Origin: Octopus vulgaris
Taxonomy: Eukaryota
Direction: 5' to 3'
DNA length: 64,000 bases
Assembly (NCBI GenBank): GCA_951406725.2
Contig: OX597816.1
Coordinates: 156,674,001-156,738,000, forward strand
A program made the translations under genes and the position numbers. Position 1 is the first letter of the stretch. Each line of letters starts with the position of its first letter. Shown here in pieces: positions 39,633 through 54,226 of this stretch. Under the pieces are notes generated by a model. The model was given only the letters and a program-made list of their open reading frames with translations. It was not told where the DNA came from and made no database searches.

Positions 39633-41248
39633 TACATGTATGCATGATGGCCTTCTTAGTCGCCAAGAATTATTTGAATTAGTGAAATCGACAAATACCA
39701 GTACACTGAACTTCCGTTGACAGAAGAGGAAGTAATGAGATATAAAAGTGTTTTATAACGTATAATTTAAACCAAAACCGGCTGCAATTGATAAAGAACG
39801 CAGGACCATGGAATCTTCGTTCCTGAACAGGAAGTGGTAGTAAAGAAAAACAAGATGTTTTGAAAAGTAGGGAAAAGTGGACTGCAGTGAAGTGAGGACA
39901 CCAGTCATTTTCTAACCGTCGTCAACTCGTTGTCTTTTCTGTTTAGAGTGTCCAAACTATCAGTTGCAAAACGTAGAGGTTGGAAACCTCATTGAACTCT
40001 CATTAATGTCTCTTCTGTCAACACACTCCTGAATGTGGACTCTGTTTGGAAATTCAAGGTCCCATTCCCCACTGCAAATTCGCTGTACTCTTTTGTTCTC
40101 TTCCTTTTTCTTTACAAATATAACATATTTTTTAGTAAATATTTTCTAGCATGTTTTAATGTATGCCTTTTAAATTCTTTACCTTCTACAGAACTTTTGT
40201 GTTTTACAATATATGTGTGAGGTGCTGAAAATTGATGGTTTTGTGTAAAAGAAAATACAGCAGAATCAATTAACTATGATTTTATCCGACTAATTCCACT
40301 AGCATATTCATACAATTGTTTCAACAGCCCTTCAATGCTTCTAAGCTCTGTAAAAAATCTCAGAAGACTGGGCCTCCAGCCAGGCCTTACGCGACACCCT
40401 TAAAACTAAGAACTTTACCGCACTCCCTCCTTTGGTGTGATTCATTATCTATTAAAATAATATTCCTTAAGTATAAACGTACAGCCCACAGAAGGTGATA
40501 TTAACTATTTCAGTTGTTTTCTTAATTTGTTCATTTACATAATAGGAAATAGTGATCTGCCAATAATTCCCAATATGATACTCATAAAAGATAGGCCACT
40601 CATACATAACTACTTATATACGTATACACCCATATACACAGATATCTGTGTGTATAAGTACAAAAATAGGTAGTTATGTGTTAGTGTCTTTGTGTTTCCA
40701 AAACTTTATTTATTATGATAATAATGTTTATTAATACATCTGAAATTTGTTTTCTTAACTTCATAGTTCCTCATTCTACCAATACCTAATTACAAATTCT
40801 TATTTTCAATACTAATTATAATGTTATAGTTATCAGCAAAACTTTAAATTTATATTATAATTCTGTAATCCATACATAGAAATACATAAATATAATCAGG
40901 GAGAATTATAGACACATATATTGATTATTAGATAGTGATGTAGATAAATTCGTAAACGTTGAGACGGATTGATGTAGATAGGTATTCAGACACAGTTATA
41001 TTTATGAATAAATAAATTACAAGGTATTGAGATAAACACAGACATGTAAATTAATATACAGATATATAGATAGTTATGTTGATACAGAGTTGTAATTCGA
41101 GTAAAACATTGAATGTGGCGACAAATAGATAGACTCTTAGATACGAATAAAATCATTGATAGCGAGCCAGCTACACGTGTTCATGGGTGAGCATGTAATA
41201 ACTATTTTAAAATGTGTATCTGTGCTTCTGGAAAAGTACATATCTACT

Positions 41249-41332
<84 letters not shown>

Positions 41333-43479
41333 GTCACATACATTATTCTTAAACAAGAATGTTATTGACTGTGACATCAAAGTTTCAACCAGCTAAACCA
41401 CCGTTGGATTGAAAACAAATGTACACACGCACACACACATTATTTCTTCATATGTTCCAGCTGATTCGGACGACAATGTTGCTAATCGCTGGTATACCTT
41501 TCTGTGGAGAACATCATTTTCTTTCAGATTTGTGTTCATAATTCTTTCACTTTTATGACATAAAGGAACTTAGGCTAATGTATTTCGAATCCCCCAGTGT
41601 CTCGAAATCGTTGGGATTCATCAACCAAAGCAAATCCCAGAATAAGGTATCTTGCAAGAATTTTTCATTTCATTAAGCAAAATATTATCTGTTGTGCGCT
41701 GATAACTGCTAACCGAGACTTATACATTCTGAACACGCTCCGGTAGTGTCGACAAAAGTAAATATGTTAACCACTGTTGTACCGCTTAAATAGAGAACAA
41801 CTTCTTTCAGACGTAAGTGTTCGCTGTGCATATGATTTTTTTTCTACAAATAATTAACTAATTTCCATAAAACATACAAGTGTATTATTTTCTCTAATCA
41901 AGTTCTCCAGAAATGTTTCTTTTTTCCAGCAGTGACTATATACAATACTCATTCACGAAACATCGCATCTCCAATCACAAATGGAATAGTTCTAAGAAGG
42001 GATCAAACGTCAGAAGCAATACTCTTTGTTAACTGAAAAATCTTAAAGCATTACTTAGAATCTCCTTCACAAAAAATGCACAGGTGAGAAAAAATTTCAA
42101 TAAAATAACAATTACTCACCAACAACGGACATCCAGATAAATTGATATACCTAGGTGTAGCACACAATATACAAATAAAAACAAAAACAAAATTCAGATA
42201 GCCCATCTATAAAAATATTCAGAAATCCGCTTTCAGTGTACTATATCTATGAAGTTTGTATTAACTGTTGGATAAAACAATATATTATGAAACATTACAC
42301 CAAACTATGAAATAACATGAGTAATATGATAGAAAAAACAGAAATACTAAAGACACAAAGATACTTTCTTAACGTTAGGAAACGAAAAACATGTTAACAT
42401 ATGAACAAACGACTGGGGAATAAAATGATATATTAGGCTGCTTATATTGCAAATGTGAATCTTATATTGTCAAGATATGCGACTTTCATTCCGGTTCACC
42501 ATGCACTTAAAAACAGCAACAATTGCCATGAGTCTACTATGAAATCCAACACAAAAATACTATAAGAAACGTTAATATATATTACATTTATATTCTATTA
42601 TATTCCTTACAAAAACAGGCAGCTTATGGTGAAACATAGTTCTTAAACATATACAAGAACAGTATACACTTGTCACTAACAAAATTAAAGCTGGCTGTCA
42701 TAATATAAATTTATGTGAATTCGATACTAGTTTGATTACTCCTCGATTTAAACTTCCCCCTTCTAGTGGTTCATTCACATGCACATACACATAGGCACAC
42801 ACATTACTGTATGTATCTATGTATGTATGTGAACAGACACACTCACACACACACACACACACACATACCTAAAAAATATATATATAATGAAGGTATTTTA
42901 TATGACACAGGTAGAAATATAGGGAAGTGAAAATGCAAGGGCATTCGTTAAAACTCTTTAGTTCTTAAATTTCAAAGACGCAACAGATTTCTATGATTTT
43001 CAAAAGTTGAGAGAGAAAGACAAGGAATTATGCCGCAACTGTCTTCTGATTGGAGTTCAAAATTTCTCTTGCTTTTATAAAGAGGACATGGCTCAAATTA
43101 GTATTTGTTTTGAGGATGGTTTGATTGGCTGAGGATGATCACATTTTCAGTTAGAACCTTTTGTATGTTCCCCGCTAAGTCCGTTCATTAACTACCATGT
43201 GACAATATATTTGGCACCGTAAGTGACCTTAAAGTAGGGAGTGTATTACTAATACATTCCCTACTTTAAGGACACTTTAAATAAATACCTTTGATTCTGC
43301 AATTCTGTATATAAACTCTCTACTGGGAATGACCAAGTTTAAAAATCTGCTGGATCTCACTCGTAAGGGAATCTTACATTGCTTATAAACTCTATATTTG
43401 GAAGGACTTATTTTAAGCTCTGTAGGACTTATGGACTTTACTCATAGGATATTGGAATATTGCATATATTCCATTATGC

Positions 43480-43720
43480 ATAAAAATGAATTTACAACTT
43501 CAATACCCATACATATCTTGCATCTATTTTCTTTCTTCCACCTCACTCTCTAATTTGCATTTTGCATCACATCTAAACTAACTATGAATAACTATCCTCT
43601 CACACCGTCTCCGATGAAGGGATATAATTAATAAATATGCTAGAAACAGCTGTAAGACATATCTATAGATGCTCTAATATCTACACATCCATGTTTTTTT
43701 TATCTTATTACGCAAAAAAT
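43480..43720 (+). mobile_element. Penelope-like pLTR family P with near-intact hammerhead (43607-43658)
   Basis: GUCU-CCGAUGA-A-GGGAUAU..AUAUGCU-A-GAAAC-AGCU-GUA-AGAC; ends at (TA)n. Confidence 0.72.
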
Positions 43721-43721
43721 T

Positions 43722-43800
<79 letters not shown>

Positions 43801-46800
43801 GTGTATATATATGTGTGTATATATATGTGTATATATATATGTGTATATATGTGTATATATATGTGTGTATATATGTGTATATATATATATATGTGTGTAT
43901 GTATCTTTGTAATGAGAATACAGCAGGACGATCTAGCTATTGGAATGAGAACTGGCTGTCCCTATGGATTGAATAGATGGCTTAATTCAATATTTCATAA
44001 ATCTCACCGAAGACCTCAGTTACATGGATATAAGTATGAAAGTTTTAGATTGTAACGGCCAAGCCTGAACACTAGTGTAAAAATATTACACTTTTGGACG
44101 AAAATATAGATTATGGGTTTTGCTCTGAAAGAATATTATGGTATTTATGAAACAGGAGAAACGGCTACATTACAGATAGTAGGAAAGTATAAAGAATTGA
44201 TATTGAACTATCTGCTCTATAATCTCCAGTGAGTGTAGTGACAATGGTCAGGCAGAAATTGAGATTCAATTCTGATTTTATATCCTAGATTAATGAGTAG
44301 GCTACAAAAGGGATTTTATGTCGAATCCATGATAATGTTATCGCTTATCACCAAAAGAAGGAACAAAATTTGCAATACCCCGATTAAATTTGATATATTA
44401 AGCAGAGTACGAAATATCGATTATAAAATTATATCAATTAAATCCGATGTTGTACATTCGTAATATGATAAACCATTATATAAATTTAGATTGATTTATT
44501 TATTCATTTTCTGGAAAAGAATAAAATGAAAAGAAAATTCGACATGATTAGGCACACTATTAACCAGTTTATGTTGATTAACAAAATTGGATTTGTTGGA
44601 AGATATTTTTCCAACTGCCAACGACGTCGCATTGAAAATACAGAATAAATAAAATTAGCTGTACTAATCGATGTCCATATCAATGTATATCATTATAACA
44701 CTATGATATCAGCTATAATATCAACGGGATAAATATAAATAGATTTGCAGGGTTGGGTTCCTTCCTCAACGATATTAGCTCAAATCGTGCCATGATCAAG
44801 TTTGATATTTCGATTCCAAAGATGTCGATGATCAAATAACCTGATCATCCACGTCCGTATAAAATCCCAAACAACTTGTCGCCGCCAGGCGAACATTTTA
44901 CACAGGTTATAGACTTACAGACCACTGTCCACACATTAGATATGCGGTATCTGTTGACAACTGATAGAACCCATGCGCTGACACAACTACATTAAATCAT
45001 GGATGCTCAGCCTCACACGTCGGTGATCACAAAAATAAAATGCATCAGTGCACTTGTGTTCATTCGATGAAAGAGTTAAAGCCACATCCTAGTGACTGAG
45101 GTTGAGTGTAACCATTGAACATATTTCAGAAAACGTACCAGTTTCGTTTTTAGACAATAACTCATAGATAGAAGATACAGGTCTAAGGACCAGGAACTGT
45201 CATTTCGATCTCGTCCTAGCAAAAGAAAGAGAGAGAAAAAAATGATGTGCGAGAAAAAATACAGTTATAAAGGTAATCTACGTTATTGCCATTGTAGCCT
45301 ATCTAATGATCACAAAAATGAGACATGGACAAAAATTGAAAATAGCAGCTTTCTATATTTTCAGGACAACTTTAAAAAGAGTTGTCTGATATGCTTGGCG
45401 GGCTGGGCAAGCATAACGTAGCTTTTGTTGATTAGCACAGGCAAGGGCTTTGTAACTCTGTGTTGTTTAGGCAATTATTCTCTTCCCTCAAAGTTTTTTT
45501 TATTAGTTATTAACTTTATATGATGAGTAATAATAAATTTGGAGAAATAGTAAATTTAGCATAAGCGGTTCTAGTCAGTACCCCCCATTAATTTTGTGAC
45601 CTCTATTAATTTTGCCTTTAGACTCTAATTGCATGGGGAAATAGTAAATTTCGCGAGTGCTTGGGCAGCTGGTTTTGATTTCTATTTACAGCAATTTACA
45701 TTTTGCTTTAGAAATGCCGACAGATCAGATATTACATTGTTCGCAGCATACCTTAAATTTTGACTATTAGTTACGAGGCCAGACCCTCCAATACAATGTT
45801 CCTTCATTAAAATAGTCCTTCACAAAGCCTTTTCTGAGGGAAAGAGTGCGGAGAGAGACAGAGAGAAATAAAAAGAGAGAAAGAGAAATTGCTAGCAGTA
45901 GTGAATAAAGGGAAAGAAAAGGCCGGAACATATACCTCAAGGCAATTGTCCGACGCTCTTTTGATTAACCAAATCAAATGCCCTCAGTAACTCTCTGTAT
46001 CATATAAAATAAATGCACAAAGAAATACCGGAAATTCTTTACAAAATCCCTTCGTGCTTATTCATAAACATTTCTATTGTTAGATTTGACGTAATTAAAC
46101 CAAAACTCATTTTACACATCCAGTTCAAAATACCTTTATCAACTACTGATAATAATTCACTTTCACAAGCTGCTATCTTCAATAACTTTAGATACCGTTG
46201 CGTTTCTTTCAAGGCCGGTTTAGGAAAAGAGACAGTTGTATGCATAAGTTGTTCCGATTTTGCAAGTAAAATTTACGTATGTCTGGCACTTTTACCTGAC
46301 AAAAATAAAGAATGTCAACTAAATCATTGTAGTAAGTCTTGTACAACATCTGAACTCAATAGAATTTTTTGACCTTACGTCTTTAAGCTGTCACCTACTC
46401 TCTCTTTGATCTACGTGCTGTCCTCCAGAGTTCTGAAAACATGATAATCAACACTAAAATCCAATTGCACAAAAGTCTCTTTCAACTACGGTAGTGGACT
46501 TGGCACAAATCCATCCGATTTATGTGGAGTGGGGAAGTAATCGAATACATTAAAGGATGAATAACAAACGTGTAACCAATTGGAAGAAATGCTGCTAAGC
46601 ATTTTATCCCATATGATAACGTTTTCTATTCACGTATGATCAAGAAAGAAACATTTCCCTCTAATTTTAAAACGGGTGAATGTTAAATATTGTGACTTGC
46701 ATACACTTCCTATACGGTTTGGAGTATGAAATTTATTTAATTCATAGGAATAATGAAAAAGAGCCTTATAGCTTATGATATTTTAATTTTCCTCTAGGAG

Positions 46801-46852
46801 AAATTACAATATTTAAATAAAAGTATTTAAAATATTTAAAAAGTATTTAAAA

Positions 46853-47855
46853 TGCTAAAATAAGAATTCCACTTAACTCCAAATCCACTAAAGCACTATA
46901 CTTGATGATTGACAAAGGGAGGTAAGTCCCTAGCGTATATAGCCGTATTGCTATTTCGAATTTTGGTGTAGACTACCTTAATTGTCATCAGCGAATCTTA
47001 TCGCCTAGGGTAAACACAACTTCCTTTGTCAATCTTTAAGGTAAAACCGTTGAAACGGTAAAAGTGTAAACAGATTAAAAAGGGTTGCTAATTCGCAATT
47101 AGGACCTATAGGCAAAATTAATAGAGTTCACAAAAGTGACGGAGGATACTGACTAGCACCGCTTATGCTAAAATAAGAGTTAAATTAACTCCAAAGCCAG
47201 TAAGTAATATACAAAATAACTGACAAAGGGAGATAATCCCTAGCATATGTAACCGTATCAAGATTTCGAATTTTGGTGTAGACCACCTTAGTTCTCATCA
47301 GCGGCCCTTAACCCCTAGGTGTTGAAATCGTGTTACAGCTTTATACACTAAGGACATACCTCAATTTGCCGATCATTAAGTATAAAGATTTAGTGGCTTT
47401 GGAATTAATTTAACACCAAAATTCGAAATCACGATATGGCTACATACGTTAAGGACTTACCTCCCTTTTTCAGTCTTTAAGTTTTTAAGTATAGTGCTTT
47501 AGTGCGTTGGAGTTAATTTAACTCATATTTTAATATATTATTTTTGCCCTTTAGTTTCTAATTCCTAATAAACCGCCCTTTTAACTTGTCGTTTACATTT
47601 TTACCGTTTTGAAAATCAGCACATGTTTTTCATATAAAATTGAGAAAGGAAGTTGTGTTTAACTCCAAACGTTAAGAGCCACTGATGGCAATTAAGGTGC
47701 TCAACACCAAAATTCGAAATTACGATACGGCTATATACGCTAGAGACTTAGCTCCCTTTGTCAGTCATTAAGCATAGTGCTTTAGTAGCTTTGGGGTTAA
47801 GTTAACTCTTATTTTAGTATAATCGGTGCTAGTCAGTACTTTTGTGACTTCTATT
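46853..47855. repeat. Foldback-like array: ~310-bp unit, two forward and two inverted copies
   Basis: tttcgaattttggtgt forward at ~46954 and ~47264, reverse-complemented at ~47413 and ~47705; related piece at 45555-45620. Confidence 0.8.
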
Positions 47856-47954
47856 CTATATGAAATTTCCTCATCTAGATCAGCGGTGCTCAAAGTGCTT
47901 CCTACATAGATGAAGTTAGTTACCACTTACAACCGTTAATCATTAACAATTATA

Positions 47955-48297
47955 AGTTTCTTTATTGGCCACACAGAGCTGCACACAGATGGGACAGGTT
48001 ACAAGGTAGAGCTTTTCTTTTCTGAGGAAAAAAAAAGGTGGCGTAGGTTTTCGATCAAAAGGGATCGTAAAAGGGAAAAAAGAACAAAAAAAAAAAGAAA
48101 AAGAAGGAAAAGAAAAAAAAGAAAAAAGGGAAAAGGAACAAAAGAATAGAAAAATGAAAAAAGAAGAAAAAAGAGGAAAAAAGGGGAAGAGGAAAAAACG
48201 ATCAATAGGGATCGTGTATCACAGTGTCATGATGTATGGTGTAAAGGGGAAAGCAAGTAAGGTTTATCCGTGGGAAGAAAAGCCTACGAAAAAGACT
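47955..48297 (-). mobile_element. L1/Tx1-like LINE 3' UTR and terminus
   Basis: 48200-48297 matches 7247-7343, which adjoins Tx1-like coding sequence; AATAAA on minus at 47961-47966. Confidence 0.65.
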
Positions 48298-48334
48298 GTT
48301 CCACTCAAAGCTTAGAGCGGCTATGCTGGTACAT

Positions 48335-49640
48335 TAGAATTGTTTTTCTCAAGTTGAATGTAAGGCCCAATACTGGTCATGCTGCAAAAATCGCATTCAT
48401 CATGTGTTGCATATCTTCCTGGGAATGTGCTAACAGGTTACATTCATCTGCATACAAGAACTCGATGATGTGAGAATGAAGAACTTTCGTTTTGGCACAA
48501 AGTCTTTTGAGGTTGAAAAGTTTTCCTGTTGTCCTATATTTTATATATACTCTTTCAGCACAATCTTTGAAAGCTATAATAAACACCATTGCAAAATACA
48601 GAGCCAACAATTTAGTAGCAAGAATATCACCTTGTTTATTCCATTGTCTACAGAAATTGGATCTGACAAGCTACCTCCAACATTAATTCTCACTTCTGTC
48701 TTGTCATGAAATTGTCTAAGCATTCTCATAAATTTCTCAAAGCAGCCTAGCCTTTTCAGGAACTTCCAAAATGCAACTCTATTTACGCAATCAATCGCTC
48801 TTGTCTGATCAAGAAAACTTGATATAAGCCCATATCCGGTTTGATGCAGTTCTCTTGTAACTGTCTAACTGAAAATATCATAACCATAGTACTCCTACTA
48901 CCTCTAAGCCTACATTGTGATTCTAGCAGAACTTCATCAGCAATGTGCAGGAGCTATTTATCCAGCATTACTCTACAACGGACATTTCCAGCGACACCTA
49001 ACAGATAGACGCCGCGAAAGTTATCACAGACATCCTATCCACCTTTCGATTTATAGAGTATCTCTATAAACGCATCACGCCAATTCCGAGGAACCACTTC
49101 ATTATGCCAAATCACATCTGTCAACAATGCACCTAAATGTTCACCACCATATTTGTATATCTCTGCACCTAATCCATTCATACCAGGAGCCTTTCTATTG
49201 TTGAATTTCTTGATCACCGATTTTATTTCAGTCAGATTTGGGACCTCTGCTAAAAGATGTTTTGTTGGTCTTTCAGTTATATTACCAAGAACAGAGAGGT
49301 CAACTTCAATGGGCCTATTGAGAAACTCATCAAGCTGCTCTTTCCATCTCCTCCCAACAATATGTTTAGGATTTGTTAATAATTCTGTATCATCCTTGAT
49401 TCGAAGTGGAGCAATCATTTATGAAGCTGGACCATAAATATTTTTCAAGAGATTGAAGAAGTTTAGAATTGTTAGCATTTAAAGCTTCTTGGATTTCATC
49501 GCATCTATCACTCCACCAATATTCCGGCATCATCCCCAGATTCCTCTGCACTGTTGAATTTACTGCCTTGAAATGTATAGCCACTGACCTGTTCGTTGAA
49601 CAGTCAGCATTTTGCAATATCTTTGAATGATTTCGCTTCT
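48335..49640 (-). mobile_element. RTE-clade LINE, RT region, decayed
   Basis: KAPGMNGLGAEIYKYGG..VPRNWRDA..NFRGVS..IFSVRQLQE..KYRTTGKLFNLKRL..EFLYADECNLLAHSQEDMQ. Confidence 0.92.
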
Positions 49641-49641
49641 C

Positions 49642-50111
<470 letters not shown>

Positions 50112-50151
50112 ATATATATATATATATATATATATTTTTATATATATATAT

Positions 50152-50327
50152 AGGGAGAGTTCACGAAAAAGACAAAAGACGAAGACAGGTGGTGTACAAA
50201 AGAAACAGATGTATTAGTATAACGCTTAGGAATAGAAGAAGTCTTTTACGTGTCGAGCCTACGCTCTTCTACAGAAAGGGACACAGAAAAAACAAGGAGA
50301 GAAAAAATGTGTGTAGTGGCTAACGAT
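50152..50327 (-). mobile_element. Mini-element family M with hammerhead-like fold (50242-50278)
   Basis: Minus strand CUUU-CUGUAGA-A-GAGC-GUAG-GCUC-GACAC-GUA-AAAG; homolog of 14810-14990. Confidence 0.7.
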
Positions 50328-50772
50328 GTATGTATGTATGTATGTATGTATGTATATATAAGCATGTCAGTATGTTAATGCTGCTTGTGTTGTCACCCGT
50401 AGGTAAATAATAATGAAGGATCTACCGGAAGTATTTGAACTCAAGATATAGAGACACAGTTATAAATATTGCATTTCAGTGAGTTTATTCTTTCCAACGG
50501 ATTTCAATTTTGTATATCTTGGTTTGCATACCGTCATATACTTACTCACATATGTAGCATATACATATTCAATACGTTTTAGTTTGCTATAAACATTGCG
50601 GAGAAGGTGATACTGAAGACAACGCGCGCGCAGATATGTTTCAGTGTGTGTCACTGTATGTTATTGAATTTATATGTGAGTGGGGATATAATTTATATAT
50701 GAGTGGACACATCATATATTTATAAAACATTCGAGCATACACATTTATATATATACACACACCTACACACAC

Positions 50773-50838
<66 letters not shown>

Positions 50839-51964
50839 CATATAGATATATATTTCCTTTCTGAATATGAAGTTTATCGCTTGTTACAAACTTGTCGAAT
50901 AATGGTTTCACTACGAAAGAAAACTGCGTGAAAGCCATTTCTACTCTAGATCTATTACAAATACTGCATATAGCATATCGGTGAGAGTTATCAGAGTAAA
51001 GCTTTTGGAGTATGTAGACAGGCCAAAAGCATTTATGTTAATGATAAAGTAGAACTTCAGAAAATAGTACTTAATATAAGGTTATTGAATCTTACATCCG
51101 TACTGGAGTCGACCTATGACAAACCTCTCTGATTATGTTTATACTAAATTATGGATCTAAGAATGTATCCGACTTCAAAACAAATTTAATGTTTGCAAGA
51201 GTCAGTAATAGAAGAGAAACGTTTTTTGCTAATGTATTCACTGCATAGCGCAGATGATTAAAGTATAAATCAATATAGTTCTTCTGATCGTATATTTTCT
51301 GTCTATGAAAGAAACACATTATTACTACAGGGTCCAAATTCTATTTTGTTACACTCACAAGCATATACATACATCCACATTACTATATATATTCCTACAA
51401 ACACAATTATACACACGTGCGCATACACTTATATATATATATTTGTGAAGATTGAACGGTATTTTCGGAATAACTCTGTTCATATTGATCGTTTCAAATT
51501 GATAATTTGACTTTTTCTCAAGCTGTTTCGATATTCCATCTTATGTTACTTGGAGTGTTTCTTCTTCGCACTGTCTCAATTAGGAATGATTTTTATGTTG
51601 TTCGTTCTGTCGGGAAAAAATCATTCTTAATACATAGTAGGTGTGTAATCATGCAAATTTAAAACCAGTTAGTTGTCGCACAATCTGCTAATCATAGTAG
51701 CCTGAACTTCCTTTCAAAAAATATTTTGCTTTTTATATAACAGAAGGCGCATCTAGGCTGATTCAGATACGTACAAAGTATTATATGATCCAGGATTAAC
51801 TATCTTTTTAGGGGAATCACGGCTTGTCTTTCTACTGGAAATTAAGGTACCCGAAATTCAATTGCACATAGGGAACTAAAATCCGTACTAAAGAATTATA
51901 TCATATTTTCTACTAAAAACATGTGAACCAATATCAGTGACAATATGGATAATAACAATCTGAA

Positions 51965-52110
51965 ATTTACATTATTTACATTTCACAGATATTTGTCCTC
52001 ATCTTGTTTGTTATTAATACAACGTTTCGGATGATATATCCAACAGCCCTCATCAGGTGTCTTGGGGAAATTTCGAACCTTGGTTCTCATTCCTAAGGTA
52101 TCTTTCGATA
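51965..52110 (-). mobile_element. Penelope-like pLTR fragment with minimal hammerhead (52016-52061), next to (ATT)n
   Basis: Minus strand GACAC-CUGAUGA-G-GGCUG..CAUCC-GAAAC-GUU-GUAUU; one mismatch each in stems I and II. Confidence 0.65.
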
Positions 52111-52134
52111 TTATTATTATTATTATTATTATTA

Positions 52135-52171
<37 letters not shown>

Positions 52172-52239
52172 CATCATTCCGAACTCGGAATCTTGGGGTT
52201 AGTAGCTCGCGCTCTTGACCCCTTCTCCTGCACTATGCT

Positions 52240-52641
52240 CTTACTCTTTTACTTGTTTCAGTCATTTGACTGCGACCATGCTAGAGCACTGCCTTTAGTC
52301 GAGGAAATCGACCCCAAGTTTTATTCTTTGTAAGCCTAGTACTTATTCTATCGGTCTCTTTTGCCGAACCACTAAGTTACGGGGACGTAAACACACCAGC
52401 ATCGGTTGTCAAGCTATGTTGGGGGGACAAACACAGACACTCAAACACACACACATATAATATTCATATACATATATACGACGGGCTTCTTTCAGTTTCC
52501 GTCTACCGAATCCACCCACAAGGCTTTGGTCGGCCCGAGGCTATAGTAGAAGACACTTGCCCAAGGTGATATGCAGTGGGACTGAACCCGGAACCATGTG
52601 GTTTGTAAGCAAGCTACTTAACACACAGCCACTCCTGCGCC
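52240..52641 (-). mobile_element. SINE family A, full length
   Basis: Reverse complement of the 13777-14250 pattern. Confidence 0.92.
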
Positions 52642-52654
52642 TTACTATATGTAA

Positions 52655-52910
52655 ATCTTTCGTCGAATTTCTCGACATTTCTGTCAATATACACCACTCC
52701 ACTCTCACTAACTCCATCCGCTACAAGCACACCGACTCACATTCCTACCTCATCCTCTCCTCCTCCAACCCTACCCGCACCAAGCTCTCCATCCCCTACT
52801 CCCAGTTCCTCTGTCTGCGTGGGCTCTGCAATGACGACCATGATTTGGAGACTCAGTCTCGATTCATGTCTCACCATTTCATCCTTCGTGGATATCCCCT
52901 CATCACTATC
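52655..52910 (+). mobile_element. PLE reverse transcriptase C-terminal fragment
   Basis: VEFLDISV..YKHTDSHSYL..SSNP..SIPYSQFLCLRGLC..FILRGYP. Confidence 0.88.
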
Positions 52911-53687
52911 TACAAAAGAAGTCAGTCATTGTACGACAGTTGTCAAGAACTCAGCTGTCAGTTAGATACATTTTCAAATCTGATGATTACTACGAACGTA
53001 TGAATGCGCTAATTGAACTTTATGAACATTACAAAATATTTGTTTAATATTTAACATAATCAACAGTGGAATAAAATTCATTTTTTAAAATTGCCATTAT
53101 AAAAAAATGTGAAAATCTTAACTTTATTCAACTGATATATTATTCTATACATAAATTCGGATGTTTATAAATAAATATATATATATATATATATATAGAA
53201 TGAGAGAGAGAGAGAGAGAGAATGTCACTAATCAGCACCAGTACTGCTAGAAATAGGAATCAAAACAACTCAATAGGCAACAAAAGCACTGTCTTAATGA
53301 AATGACAAGGGAGACAAGCTCATTATGGTCGCATATACAGCCAGATCATCGATGATTTCGCATTCTGATGCTTAAAGCATCTTAAAGCTCTTCACTGGCT
53401 CCCACCGTGCCTAGGGTTAAGCACATCTCTCCTTGTCAGCTTATAAGATCTCCGTTGAGAACATGCCTTGAGTTCAAAATCGGCCAGAAGTGAAAACTAT
53501 AAATATGGGGGACAAATTTGCTTTTTTACATCCTCAAGACAGAAATATATACGTCACTAAAGTGAACAAGTTGTTTTGACTCCTATTTCTAGCAATAGTG
53601 GCTCTTATTAATGCCCTTGCTCACTTTAGTGACATATATACTTTTCCTTTAGGTTTTAAAATTGCGAATTAGCCACCCATAATGTAT

Positions 53688-53842
53688 AGCAGTGGTTGTG
53701 TGGTAAGTAGCTTGCTTAGCAACCACATGGGTCCGGGTTCAGTGCCACTGCGTAGAACCTTGGGCAATGTCTTCTACTATACTGTCGGGCCGACCAAAAC
53801 CTTGTGGGTGGATTTAGTAGATGAAAACTGAAAGAAGCCTGT

Positions 53843-53882
<40 letters not shown>

Positions 53883-54088
53883 CATGTCTGTGTTTGTTCG
53901 CCAACCATCGCTTGGTAACCGATTTTTGTGTTTATGTCACCACAACCTAGCGGTTCGGCGAAAGAATCCGATAGAATAAGTGCTAGGCTTACAAGGAATA
54001 AGTTCTGGAGTCGATTTGTTCGACTAAAGGCGGTGCTCCAGCATGGCTGTATCCAAATGACTGAAACAAATAAAAGAATAAAAGAATA
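53688..54088 (+). mobile_element. SINE family A
   Basis: gtggttgtgtggtaagtagcttgc..tgactgaaacaaataaaagaataaaagaa. Confidence 0.9.
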
Positions 54089-54155
54089 CATACATACATA
54101 CATACATACATACATACATACATACATACATACATACATACATACATGCATGAAC

Positions 54156-54226
<71 letters not shown>

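Noticed and set aside
45937-45995. 59-nt minus-strand segment with splice-like ends
   Set aside because: Stops in all three frames and a weak donor.
46013-46372. 119-aa ORF in non-repetitive sequence
   Set aside because: No recognisable domain and no independent support; an ORF of this length can arise by chance.
46853-47855. CRISPR-like repeat array
   Set aside because: Units are long, partly inverted and lack unique spacers; eukaryotic context with no cas genes.
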